NCBI GenBank assembly: GCA_002424475.1
Contig: DIKI01000001.1
Location: 141,989 to 205,988, forward strand
DNA length: 64,000 nucleotides
Direction: 5' to 3'
DNA from: Sulfurovum sp. UBA5622
Lineage (GTDB): Bacteria; Campylobacterota; Campylobacteria; Campylobacterales; Sulfurovaceae
Positions 53,941 through 64,000 of the stretch are shown here, in pieces. The stretch's first letter is position 1. Every line of letters begins with the position of its first letter. The notes beneath the pieces were generated by a model that did no database searches, was not told the origin of the DNA, and saw only the letters and a list, made by a program, of their open reading frames with translations. Made by a program: the position numbers and the translations under genes.

Positions 53941-56094
53941 TTAATTGCTATATGCATCATTGAGACTAATTATCTCTATTAGCTTATACGATTTTGATAT
54001 TTTACTTTCTAAAACTGATTTTTTGCTCTCCATGCTTTCTACGTCAATTTGGCAATATTCTGCTTTATCGCTGCGTTGGATACCAAGTTCAATACTGATC
54101 AGATTTAAATTCAACTTAGATAAAGTTGTAAGAAGCTGGGCTAAAACACCTTTTTGATTTTGGAGGCTTATAATTAGGCGATACCTTGAAAGTTTAGAAT
54201 TTTTCCAAGACACGTATACCATAGGAGCATTCTCGCGCATCATCTGATATGCTTTTTTACATAATTTATGGTGTACTATCACTTTATCATTTTCCCAAAA
54301 AGCTACAATCTGATCGTTTATCTTTGGATGACAACAATAATCAAATTCGACAGCATCTATGCTCTTGTTGCCAAAAAACTCGAAAAGCTCGATAGTTTTT
54401 GCAAAAGGTTTTTTGTAGCCTTTTTTGAAAAGCTCCCACGATCGAACTTCTTTTGTGCCTATATTTTCTGCTATTTTATATATAGTATCTTTTAAAAAAT
54501 CTAGCTGAGTGGCTGTACGATAGATATTATCTTTTAGATGCAATTCTTTTATTATCGGCTCTATATCTTGAACTTTATAATCAAAAATAGTAGCTAATAT
54601 ATTATACGCGCTATATGTATCACACTCTTTTAGTCTGGCCTTGCAACGACTTCTTATGCCTTCTTTTGCACGAGACGTTTTGACGCTATCAATCCATGAA
54701 CAATGAAAATTTGATTCTCTACCTGTCTCAATGCGTACAATATCTCCGTTTTTAAGTGGACTGAGCAATGACACTTTATGTTTGTTTACAAGTGCGCCTA
54801 TTGCCTTTGCCCCGATTTGAGAATGCACTGCATATGCAAAGTCAATAACAACAGAGCCTTTTGGCAATGTATAGTTATCTCCTTTGGGTGAAAATACTGA
54901 GATATCCTCGCTAAATAAATCTCCTTTAGCAAGCTCATAGAATTCTTCGGCAGACTCATTTTGATATTGCAATCCTTCAAGCCATCCGAGTTTAATCGTT
55001 GAGTATCCATCCTTATATTTCCAATGGGCTGCAACTCCATACTCTGCTAATTTATGCATTTGTTTAGTTCTTATTTGAATTTCTACTATGCCCTGCTCAT
55101 CAAAAAGTGTTGTATGTATGGTTTGATAACCGTTTTCTTTGGGCAAAGCAATATAATCTTTAAAACGAGAAATAAGAGGGGTAAAGTGCAAATGCATCGA
55201 ACCTAAAACTTCATAACATTCTATAGGCTTATCAACAACGACTCTAACAGCCAGCAAATCCAAGACTTCATCTATATCGATTCCCTTACGATGCATTTTT
55301 AGATATATAGAATAATGATGTTTAACACGACCGAAGATTTCAAAATCTTTTGTTAAAACACCATCATTATTCAATGTATCTTTGACTTTTGATATGAATG
55401 AATTTAATTTGACTTGAATATTTTGATGATTCGATTCTAAATAATCTGAGATTATTTTATAATCATCGGGGTAAATCACTTCGAAGCTCAGATCTTCTAG
55501 TGTATTTTTTAATCTTGAAATGCCAAGTCTATGGGCAATTGGAGCATAAACGACCAATGTTTCTTCTGCTATTCTTTTTTGTTTATCTTTGTCTAATGCA
55601 TCGATTGTAAGCATATTATGAAGTCTATCACATAGCTTTATAACCAAAACTCTCACATCTTGTATTGATGCTATAAGCATTTTACGAAAAGAGAGAGCTG
55701 AGCTTAAAAGTTTTTCATTTGATTGAGAAGAGACAAGTTTTTCATCTCTAATGGCTATAATTTTTGTAAGCCCCTCAACTAAATGCGCTACATCATCACT
55801 AAATTCTTTCGTAATATTTTCTATGTTAAGTTCGGTATCTTCAACTACATCATGCAATAGCGCAGCTTGTACCATTATCTCGTCGTTGCTCACAAATGCT
55901 GTGATAGCAGCCACCAAAATTGGATGTACTATGTATGGCTCACCACTTTTTCGTTGTTGATCGGCATGCGCTTTTGTAGCAACATCAAGTGCTTTTATAA
56001 TAGCAGATGAGTAATTTGGCAATTGTCCAAAGAGTAACTCTTTAGCTGTTTGAATATCTCGACAATTCTTTATATTTTTTAAAAAAACATCCAC
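53941..56094 (-). CDS. spoT: Bifunctional (p)ppGpp synthetase/hydrolase (RelA/SpoT homologue)
   Basis: HD domain (HPILVA...LHDVVEDT), synthetase domain (YQTIHTT, EIQIRT), TGS and ACT regions. GTG start. Confidence 0.95.
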   Translation of the reverse strand: MDVFLKNIKNCRDIQTAKELLFGQLPNYSSAIIKALDVATKAHADQQRKSGEPYIVHPILVAAITAFVSNDEIMVQAALLHDVVEDTELNIENITKEFSDDVAHLVEGLTKIIAIRDEKLVSSQSNEKLLSSALSFRKMLIASIQDVRVLVIKLCDRLHNMLTIDALDKDKQKRIAEETLVVYAPIAHRLGISRLKNTLEDLSFEVIYPDDYKIISDYLESNHQNIQVKLNSFISKVKDTLNNDGVLTKDFEIFGRVKHHYSIYLKMHRKGIDIDEVLDLLAVRVVVDKPIECYEVLGSMHLHFTPLISRFKDYIALPKENGYQTIHTTLFDEQGIVEIQIRTKQMHKLAEYGVAAHWKYKDGYSTIKLGWLEGLQYQNESAEEFYELAKGDLFSEDISVFSPKGDNYTLPKGSVVIDFAYAVHSQIGAKAIGALVNKHKVSLLSPLKNGDIVRIETGRESNFHCSWIDSVKTSRAKEGIRSRCKARLKECDTYSAYNILATIFDYKVQDIEPIIKELHLKDNIYRTATQLDFLKDTIYKIAENIGTKEVRSWELFKKGYKKPFAKTIELFEFFGNKSIDAVEFDYCCHPKINDQIVAFWENDKVIVHHKLCKKAYQMMRENAPMVYVSWKNSKLSRYRLIISLQNQKGVLAQLLTTLSKLNLNLISIELGIQRSDKAEYCQIDVESMESKKSVLESKISKSYKLIEIISLNDAYSN

Positions 56095-56100
56095 GATAGA

Positions 56101-56310
56101 TTAACTCTCGTGATGAACTATAATTTTTCCTTCTGCAATCTCAAGCAAAGCAATATCTGTATATTTCATTTTTTTTATATCAGCATCAACTAAAGGCTGA
56201 GCTCCTTTAGAAATCTCTTCAGCTCTTTTGCCAACCGCAGCAGATAAGAGATATCTATCAAATCCTACTTTTTCTAGTGCTTTTGCTGTAACTTGTTCTG
56301 TTCTTATCAT
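56101..56310 (-). CDS. rpoZ: DNA-directed RNA polymerase subunit omega
   Basis: [33 protein letters not shown]. Start at ATG 56310 after AAGGA. Confidence 0.88.
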   Translation of the reverse strand: MIRTEQVTAKALEKVGFDRYLLSAAVGKRAEEISKGAQPLVDADIKKMKYTDIALLEIAEGKIIVHHES

Positions 56311-56327
56311 AACTTGTCCTTTTAAAA

Positions 56328-57053
<726 letters not shown>

Positions 57054-57098
57054 TTATCGCGAGTATACCAAAAAATCATTTAGAGGTTGTTGAAAAGA

Positions 57099-58409
57099 TT
57101 AGATCCGAATCAATTTCAAAGGATCAATATGCTTGGAATTTTTGGTAGCTTCAAAAATAAGCCGCTTTGCAACCTTTCCTATCGTGTATCCCGTTGAAAC
57201 TGTAGAACCTACCCTGATAGTAGGTGGGATCTTCGACAATCCCGCATAAACTGTGTGTATGTTCCCGCTGTGGGCTATTACAACCACTTTGCCAAGCATG
57301 CTGCTATTTCCTGCATAAACAACTTTACCGTCCAAAACACTTACCACTTGTGCATCAGATGAAGGGGCTTGCAATGTAACTGATTCATTGAAGATCTTAA
57401 TTTTATATACAGGATCTTCATATGTACCAAATCTTTTTACCACACTTGCTCCGGAAATTGGAGATATGGTTTTACCGCCTTGATAATTAAATGTTTGTTG
57501 CTCTTGATAGGAGGAATTAATTTGTTTGACCCTGTCACTTTGTTTGCTTGCCTCCAGCGTTCCCATATCAACTTTTTTACCGGTTTTTCGTTCGTAATTT
57601 TTAGCATTTGCCTGCTGTAATCTAAGTCTTTTTTTGCGTGCAGCTTCCAATCTGATTGCTTCTTGTTGTGCCAATTCTCTACGACGGGCCTCGGCAACTT
57701 CATTTGATCTTAGAATATTAAGCCTTACTAGCGTTGAGCGTAGAGAATCTTGTCTTTTTACAATACTTTGCAATTTGGCGTGATACCTCTCCTCTTCTTT
57801 GTTTAGCTTTTCAACCATTTTCTCTTGGTTGGCTTTTTGTATTGCAAAAGTTTTTCGCTGCTTATTTATGGTGCCAAGTTCTTCTTTTGCATTATATGCA
57901 ATTCGTGTTTTATGTACTTTTGTAGCTTCAAGAGATAATATCTCTTTTTCTAATAACATTATTTTCTTTTGATTATATAGTCTATATTGCTCGTAAACTT
58001 CTTGTGAAATAACCGAGGATTGTGTCGTATCATTAAATTGCTTCATAGCTGCAACGAGTGAAAGTTGTTCTGCAAAAAGTGCTATAAGCGCATCATGCTT
58101 CACTTTTAGTTCTTGATTAATTTGTATGAGTATATTTTCATACTCCTTAACCTCTCTTGAAACCTTTTGGTATTCATCTTCTGTGTATACATAATCTTGA
58201 GACAACTTGGTTAATTTGACATCAATGATCTTAATCTCATTTTTGGCTTTTGTGATATTTTGTTTTGTGCCTTCTATTTTTTTCTTAAGACTTTTCGCCT
58301 CTTTTGTGCTTTGACTAATAGCCTTCTTTGATTCTTTTATTTTTTGTGTTGTAGTCGTAGCTAGCAACAAACTAACCGCTATCACGCCAATAGCTATGAT
58401 GAGTTTCAC
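57099..58409 (-). CDS. M23/LytM-domain murein hydrolase activator (EnvC-like)
   Basis: Signal/anchor segment, about 250 aa of coiled coil, C-terminal LytM domain (GKVVVIAHSGNIHTVYAGL). Lies downstream of ftsEX with a 4-nt overlap. Confidence 0.85.
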   Translation of the reverse strand: MKLIIAIGVIAVSLLLATTTTQKIKESKKAISQSTKEAKSLKKKIEGTKQNITKAKNEIKIIDVKLTKLSQDYVYTEDEYQKVSREVKEYENILIQINQELKVKHDALIALFAEQLSLVAAMKQFNDTTQSSVISQEVYEQYRLYNQKKIMLLEKEILSLEATKVHKTRIAYNAKEELGTINKQRKTFAIQKANQEKMVEKLNKEEERYHAKLQSIVKRQDSLRSTLVRLNILRSNEVAEARRRELAQQEAIRLEAARKKRLRLQQANAKNYERKTGKKVDMGTLEASKQSDRVKQINSSYQEQQTFNYQGGKTISPISGASVVKRFGTYEDPVYKIKIFNESVTLQAPSSDAQVVSVLDGKVVYAGNSSMLGKVVVIAHSGNIHTVYAGLSKIPPTIRVGSTVSTGYTIGKVAKRLIFEATKNSKHIDPLKLIRI

Positions 58410-59221
58410 GCTTCTTTCTCCCTAGAGGAAAACACTACCATGTATACTGAAATCACCACAATTATGATGGCACAAAGCAATAAAGTAACTGCATCATTTG
58501 GCTGAAACAATAATTGGCTATTATTCATCAAAACATCTACACCACTAATCTCGGCTATTTGGTATCTAAAATATAAAAAAAGCGACACGATTATTGAAGT
58601 GGCGATCAATGCATCAGCAATTGCAACTTTAAAAAGAACCCCGCTTCTAAGCATTATCGGTGCTCCGAAGATCTCCATAACTTGCATTCTTTCTTTATGA
58701 ACATAACCCCACACTTCCATCTGTTTAATAACCAAAAATAGACTCACAACACTCATAAATACAATAAATACTTTGAGTATAAATTTAATAAAACTAAAAA
58801 GTTTATAATTGGAGCTATAGCTATTTCCAAATGTTTCTACTCTTTTTATTTTCTTGTTTGCCATTAAATCTTTTTGTAATTCATCAAGAGAAGATGTGTC
58901 TAGATATTTTGCTAATTTTATAGTGTAAAAATTGGGTAATACGTTTAGGATCTCTTTTATATCTTCTTGTTTTTGACCCAATGAGATCTCTTTTAAAATC
59001 TCGTCTCTTTCTATTTTTATACTTTGTCCTATATTTTTGTTTATTGACTGTAGCTCTTGCAACGATATAGGTTCATTACTTACGACTAGCATGGAATATC
59101 CTTCTCTTAGCCGCTGCTCATAACTTGCAGTCATTCTGTCAAATACTAAGAAAAACTCTATTCCAAGCAAAATTGCCACTAGTGGCAAAATAAACATGAT
59201 ATGATCTTTAATGAACTTCAT
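58406..59221 (-). CDS. ftsX: Cell-division permease FtsX
   Basis: Four-TM FtsX topology with a periplasmic loop after TM1. ATG 59221 preferred over TTG 59239. Confidence 0.85.
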   Translation of the reverse strand: MKFIKDHIMFILPLVAILLGIEFFLVFDRMTASYEQRLREGYSMLVVSNEPISLQELQSINKNIGQSIKIERDEILKEISLGQKQEDIKEILNVLPNFYTIKLAKYLDTSSLDELQKDLMANKKIKRVETFGNSYSSNYKLFSFIKFILKVFIVFMSVVSLFLVIKQMEVWGYVHKERMQVMEIFGAPIMLRSGVLFKVAIADALIATSIIVSLFLYFRYQIAEISGVDVLMNNSQLLFQPNDAVTLLLCAIIIVVISVYMVVFSSREKEA

Positions 59222-59882
59222 AAACACCCTTATTTTCAATAATAAAATGTCTATATGGCAATGAGAAAATAGTAGGAATCCTGTGAGTTACTACTACTAC
59301 CGTAGTTTCCAGTTGTCCGCATGCATTTTCCATTAAATCCCAAATTACATTTGATGAATATTCATCCAAATTACCAGTTGGCTCATCTGCTAAGATCAGC
59401 ATTGGATTTTTTGCCAATGCTCTTGCAATTCCTACTCTTTGCTGTTCGCCGCCGCTAAGCTCAAATGGATGTTTGTTAGCATATTCTGTCAACTTTACAT
59501 GCCTTAATAACCTTTGGGCTTGCGTATGCTGTACATCCAGTGAATATCCGGCTATCATTAGTGGCAATACAACATTTTTGGCAACAGTCCATTCATTGAT
59601 CAATTTATAATCCTGAAATACAATACCAATATGGGTTCTAAGCTCTTGTAGTTTTGAAGTTGATACTTCTGTTAAGTCCAACCCACCAACCATCAGACTT
59701 CCGCCGGCTGGTTTTAAGTGTCCATAAAAAGATTTTAGCAAGGTTGACTTACCGCTTCCACTTGGTCCTGTTATAAATACAAATTCCCCTTTCTTCACGG
59801 AAAAATTGGCATTTTTTATAATTTCATTTTTACCGCGGTTGTAAGCAAGTGTCAAATCTGTAGCTTTTATAACATTAGCCAT
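59208..59882 (-). CDS. ftsE: Cell-division ABC ATPase FtsE
   Basis: Walker [10 protein letters not shown], signature LSGGEQQR, Walker [10 protein letters not shown]. Confidence 0.93.
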   Translation of the reverse strand: MANVIKATDLTLAYNRGKNEIIKNANFSVKKGEFVFITGPSGSGKSTLLKSFYGHLKPAGGSLMVGGLDLTEVSTSKLQELRTHIGIVFQDYKLINEWTVAKNVVLPLMIAGYSLDVQHTQAQRLLRHVKLTEYANKHPFELSGGEQQRVGIARALAKNPMLILADEPTGNLDEYSSNVIWDLMENACGQLETTVVVVTHRIPTIFSLPYRHFIIENKGVYEVH

Positions 59883-61053
59883 GTAGATACTCCTTGATCG
59901 CTTGGTGTGCTTTAAAGTTTGAACTTGAAGGAATAGGCAACGATGGATAATATTTGCAATTATTTCTATTAATCATAATATATTTATGCTCTGGTCTAGC
60001 AAAATTTCCAAATGCACATTTCATCAAAAGCGTATCCTTGTCTGTTTTATATGATCTTTCAAAATGAACAAAATAATCACCAACTACCTGACTTTCTTGC
60101 GGAAATTGTTTGTTTATATTTATATTATATCCTAAATCAGAAAAGGAAAAGTCAAATTTCTCTCTTTTGTCGTCTGATTTTTCATCACAAAAAAGAGTTA
60201 CATCGTAAATATCTTTTGATTGTCTTTGCCATCTTGCTTCATATTTGCTGATAATCGGTAATGCGTAATTTTTGTTTATTTTCATTTTTAGCTTTGGCAG
60301 TTTACTAAAAATTTGCAGTGCATATTCATAATAAAGATCGCTATCTGTTCTAAGCTCTAAAGTGCCGTCAATATCCAACACTCTCATTGCTTCACTGGTA
60401 AACTCGTCTCCTATTACTCTGCGGGATGGTTTTTTGTCCCACGGTACAGGAAAGTGGACAAAAATTTGTTTGCAAATGTTTGATGGCAGCATCTCCAAAA
60501 AAAGCCTCGCATCATAATTAACTACCCATATATTGCTTAGTCCTTGAATTTCAATTTGCTTCAATAATTGTCCAGCTGAAGGGGTATGGATTTCAATGCC
60601 AATAAATAAAGTTTGTGGATTTTGCTTGGCTTGATATAAAATATGTCTTCCGCTTCCGAAACCGACTTCTATGGCTATTTCTTTATGTTCAAATTTGATA
60701 TCGATAAAATCTTCTATTTTTTTGAAATACTTTGACGCAAATAGAGGTTCTTTATGTCGAACATTGACAATATTTGAGCTTAATATGTCAAACTCTAAAA
60801 CATTTGCTACTTTTCCTATGGCTTCTTTGAGAAGTGATAACTTTAATGGTCTTGTGATTTTCTCATATTTTAGCATAGCTTCATTGTCTGCATATTTATA
60901 CACCAGTAAAAACTTCTCATTTTGATAATTGATACCGATCAGTGTCTCTGGATAACTATCCGAGTGAGCCACAAATTCTATGATTTCGCTATGATTTTTA
61001 GCACGGCTGGAAAGCTCTTCTTTTGATATTGGTGTTACTTTAATATGTGGCAT
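59875..61053 (-). CDS. trmB: tRNA (guanine46-N7)-methyltransferase, long form
   Basis: Central TrmB core (IAIEVGFGSGRHIL...FIGIEIH...FVHFPVPWDKK), flanked by about 130 aa N-terminal and about 100 aa C-terminal extensions. Start at ATG 61053 after AAGGAA. Confidence 0.85.
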   Translation of the reverse strand: MPHIKVTPISKEELSSRAKNHSEIIEFVAHSDSYPETLIGINYQNEKFLLVYKYADNEAMLKYEKITRPLKLSLLKEAIGKVANVLEFDILSSNIVNVRHKEPLFASKYFKKIEDFIDIKFEHKEIAIEVGFGSGRHILYQAKQNPQTLFIGIEIHTPSAGQLLKQIEIQGLSNIWVVNYDARLFLEMLPSNICKQIFVHFPVPWDKKPSRRVIGDEFTSEAMRVLDIDGTLELRTDSDLYYEYALQIFSKLPKLKMKINKNYALPIISKYEARWQRQSKDIYDVTLFCDEKSDDKREKFDFSFSDLGYNININKQFPQESQVVGDYFVHFERSYKTDKDTLLMKCAFGNFARPEHKYIMINRNNCKYYPSLPIPSSSNFKAHQAIKEYLHG

Positions 61054-62011
61054 TGAAAGTTCCTTGTAGATTATCACTTTTTAGTAATTCAAATATATTC
61101 TCATCAAAATGTTTTGATATAAAATCTCGCATATCATCAAACAACGGTGCTTCAAATTGCATATTTTGCCCACTTATAGGATGAATAAAATAAAGTGATC
61201 TGGCGTGCAAAAATACTCTTGGCATCTCTTTGCCAATATATCCATAGAGTGCATCTCCTAAAATATGCCGTCCAAGAGTGGCTAGATGAACTCTTATCTG
61301 ATGTGTCCTGCCGGTATATAGTTTGGCAGCAATTAATTCAATATTGTTATCATTTGATGCTAATTTCACAAATGCGCTTTTTGCACTTTTCCCACCTTCA
61401 ACTACACCCATTTTTAGACGATTGTGTGTGCTTCTACCAATTGGAGCTTCTACTTCGCATGAATCTTTGAGAGGATAATCTATCAATGCTATATAATATC
61501 TGCCCATACTCTTATCTTCAAGCTGACGACTAAGAGCTTCATGAGCCTCATTGCTCTTAGCAATTACGAGTGCGCCTGTGGTTTCTTTATCTATGCGATG
61601 TACTATACCATGCCTCTCTTCCCCTGAAAGAGTTGAAAGAGATATTCCTCTTTGCACAAGCCAATCAACCAAAGTAGGCTCTTTAACGCTTGGTGCCGGA
61701 TGCACCACAAGGCCACTTGGCTTATTAACCACCATTAGATGCTCATCCTCATATAGCACCTCTACATCAAAATCAACATTCATTGCAACTTTATGTTCAG
61801 CTTCTGGCAACGAGTACGACACCTTGTCGCCTATGTGTACTTTGTGGCTTGTCTTTGTTACATCTTTATCATTAGTCTTCACAAAACCTTTTTCTATAAG
61901 TTTCTCTATCTGATTTCTACTAGCATTCAAATGAGATGCTAATATCTTATCGATCCTGCCGGACTCATTTGCTATAAATTCTTCTTTATTTATCTCTAAT
62001 TGCCCGTTCAT
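61040..62011 (-). CDS. rluD: 23S rRNA pseudouridine synthase (RluA family, RluD-like)
   Basis: N-terminal S4 domain, catalytic HRIDKETTGALVIAK, downstream GRTHQIRVH. Confidence 0.92.
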   Translation of the reverse strand: MNGQLEINKEEFIANESGRIDKILASHLNASRNQIEKLIEKGFVKTNDKDVTKTSHKVHIGDKVSYSLPEAEHKVAMNVDFDVEVLYEDEHLMVVNKPSGLVVHPAPSVKEPTLVDWLVQRGISLSTLSGEERHGIVHRIDKETTGALVIAKSNEAHEALSRQLEDKSMGRYYIALIDYPLKDSCEVEAPIGRSTHNRLKMGVVEGGKSAKSAFVKLASNDNNIELIAAKLYTGRTHQIRVHLATLGRHILGDALYGYIGKEMPRVFLHARSLYFIHPISGQNMQFEAPLFDDMRDFISKHFDENIFELLKSDNLQGTFNATY

Positions 62012-62799
62012 ATGTCATCCCTCTTCCATCTAGTAGGATCCAAGAATGTATCATCATGTATATGAGATAGTGATGCTTGCATCATTTTAAAAAGATTTTT
62101 ATTCTCTTTTTCCATCTCTTGCAGCCACTCTTTTGTTTTTGCTCTAGCAAATGGCATTTTGACATTTTTTAGCATGGCAGGACATGCTTCATCACCTATT
62201 GCAACAAGAGCATTATCTTCTACAAAAGCCCTAGTTTGAGATTCTCTTACTTGTATGAGAGGACGAATAAGATGAAATCCTCTCTCGGTCTTATATATAG
62301 GAGCCAAACTTCTCATGGTGCCATTATAAAACATATTCATAAAAAAACTCTCCACTACATCATCGAGATGGTGCCCAAGAGCTACTTTGTTAAATCCGCC
62401 CTCTTGTGCATAGGTATACAAAGCACCTCTTCTCATGCGCGAAAAATAGCTGCAAAAAGAACTATTTGGACGTATTGTATCTTGTGAAATATCAAATATA
62501 TTCGTTTCAAAAACTTTATGTGGTATACCGTGCTCTTTGCAATGAACAGATAATGCCTCATACTGCTCGTTTGGCATTCCATAATTGACAGTGCATGCTT
62601 CATACTCGAATGAAAACGGTGCATGTCTATGGATATGTTTCATGATATGCACAAGCGCTAAAGAATCCTTGCCGCCGCTAAGACCTACAAGCACCTTGTC
62701 GCCTTCATTTATAAGCTTAAATGTAGCATTCGTTTTGCCGACAATTCGCAAAAGCTTTTTGCTTACACTGGGGGCTTTTTTTGCTTCGATATCTTTCAA
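62008..62799 (-). CDS. ttcA: PP-loop ATPase, tRNA 2-thiocytidine synthase TtcA-like
   Basis: SGGKDS PP-loop and CSYFSRMRRGALY motif. Confidence 0.85.
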   Translation of the reverse strand: MKDIEAKKAPSVSKKLLRIVGKTNATFKLINEGDKVLVGLSGGKDSLALVHIMKHIHRHAPFSFEYEACTVNYGMPNEQYEALSVHCKEHGIPHKVFETNIFDISQDTIRPNSSFCSYFSRMRRGALYTYAQEGGFNKVALGHHLDDVVESFFMNMFYNGTMRSLAPIYKTERGFHLIRPLIQVRESQTRAFVEDNALVAIGDEACPAMLKNVKMPFARAKTKEWLQEMEKENKNLFKMMQASLSHIHDDTFLDPTRWKRDDI

Positions 62800-63482
62800 A
62801 TGCGTTCTACCATATCTAGTATAAAATCTGCACTGACCTTGGCTGAACTCTCCAAGAAAGTATCAAAATCAATTCCGGCTTCATCATTAGCACTATCGCT
62901 AATAGCTCTAAGTATAAAAAATGGGATATCCAGAGCGTTACACACCACGGCAACACTTGCCCCTTCCATCTCCAAAGCTGATGCTTTGAAAGTTTCGGCT
63001 ACCCAGCTTTTTTTCTGGCTGCATGCCACAAATTGATCTCCGGTGGCTATAATTCCCTCTTTTAGTGTTATTCCTTTAACTTTAGCAACTTCATGTGCAA
63101 TTTTTCTAAGTTCTAAATCGGTCGGTATGCATACCTCACCTTCAGGCACAAATCCATATGGATGCCCAAAAGCAGTGATATCCAAATCATGCTGACATAA
63201 TCCATCTGCAATGATAAGGTCTCCAATTTTTAGATCACTGCTAATAGCCCCCGCTACACCTGAAAATAAAACTATTTTACATCCAAATTTTTCTATCAAA
63301 ATAGTTGCTGTAAGGGCTGAAAACACTTTGCCTATCTTGGAATATGCGATAACAATCTCTTTGCCTTTATATGTTGCTTCATAATATATATTATTAGCAT
63401 ACTTTGTCTCAACCACACTATCCATTTTTGCCAAAAGAGGATCGATCTCCTCTCTCATTGCTCCTATTATGGCTATTTTCAT
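62796..63482 (-). CDS. mtnN: 5'-methylthioadenosine/S-adenosylhomocysteine nucleosidase
   Basis: MKIAIIGAMREEI, GVAGAI, ALEMEGASVA. Confidence 0.93.
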   Translation of the reverse strand: MKIAIIGAMREEIDPLLAKMDSVVETKYANNIYYEATYKGKEIVIAYSKIGKVFSALTATILIEKFGCKIVLFSGVAGAISSDLKIGDLIIADGLCQHDLDITAFGHPYGFVPEGEVCIPTDLELRKIAHEVAKVKGITLKEGIIATGDQFVACSQKKSWVAETFKASALEMEGASVAVVCNALDIPFFILRAISDSANDEAGIDFDTFLESSAKVSADFILDMVERI

Positions 63483-64000
63483 TGCATATCTTTTAGTGCG
63501 GCAATAGTAGTCTCGAGACTTGCCATATCGCTAACATTGAAGTGCGGTTTGGAAGTCGAGCTCTTGTTAAGTCCTTTAAGCACATTACCATGCCCAAATT
63601 CAATATAACAATCTACATCATTATCTATATTAGCGATTGATTGTTTGTAAAGTACCGGCATAACAAGCTGTTTTGGCAACAACTCCAATGCCTCTGCTTT
63701 GGTGCTATATGCTTTTGCCGTAACATTTGAGATGACAGGCGCTATAAAATTGTCTTTTAGCATTTCTTGAAGTTTTCCTTCAAGTGGTGCAACGGCACTG
63801 TCTAGCAATGGGCAATGCGAAGCAACTGACATATTTAGAAGCATTGCTCTTTTTGCTTTTGCCTCTTTTAGCACATCTACTAATTCTTCGAGATCTTTTT
63901 TGATACCTGCGATTACTATTTGACCATCTGAGTTATAATTCACTGCCCAGACTTGTTTGCCCTCTGCTCTAGCATCAGCACAAATACTCTCTACTGTGAT
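63479..64000 (-). CDS. fabD: Malonyl-CoA--ACP transacylase (only the C-terminal part is in the window)
   Basis: The frame stays open to the window edge. QIVIAG...LNMSVASHCPLL... is the FabD C-terminal half. ATGA overlap with mtnN. Confidence 0.88.
   Translation of the reverse strand: MTVESICADARAEGKQVWAVNYNSDGQIVIAGIKKDLEELVDVLKEAKAKRAMLLNMSVASHCPLLDSAVAPLEGKLQEMLKDNFIAPVISNVTAKAYSTKAEALELLPKQLVMPVLYKQSIANIDNDVDCYIEFGHGNVLKGLNKSSTSKPHFNVSDMASLETTIAALKDMQ

Overview
AT-rich chromosomal segment whose gene content and order look like a Campylobacterota (epsilonproteobacterial) genome; I cannot assign a genus by eye. I call 66 protein-coding genes, including one 48-codon ORF missing from the supplied track. 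They are densely packed, with many 1-, 4-, 8- and 14-nt overlaps. I saw no rRNA, tRNA, CRISPR array, transposase or integrase. Most of the window is housekeeping: secA, lolC/E-like, mltG, amtB-glnK, rplI, hslVU, era, kdsB, prlC, argG, pdxJA, trpC, glyS, purU, leuBD, rpoD, ppa, tyrS, spoT, rpoZ, pyrH and a fabD-mtnN-ttcA-rluD-trmB-ftsEX-envC operon. Five things stand out. (1) An eight-gene, translationally coupled type II secretion / type IV pilus-like cluster (12.4-21.2 kb). Its distal five genes follow the order I recall for the Campylobacter jejuni cts DNA-uptake locus, but they are preceded by PilMN/PilO/PilP-like genes, and no pilin, prepilin peptidase or retraction ATPase lies in the window. 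(2) An overlapping gene pair directly upstream of amtB-glnK: a degenerate sigma54-activator-like HTH protein and a PAS plus pseudo-kinase protein. (3) A GC-rich, probably horizontally acquired block (katG, SRPBCC, RidA) next to SDR and EamA genes. (4) A roughly 59-bp promoter-like direct repeat bracketing the SDR gene. (5) An in-frame 4 x 24-nt tandem repeat inside the cell-wall amidase gene. All functional calls rest on motif and architecture recognition by eye. No database search was run.
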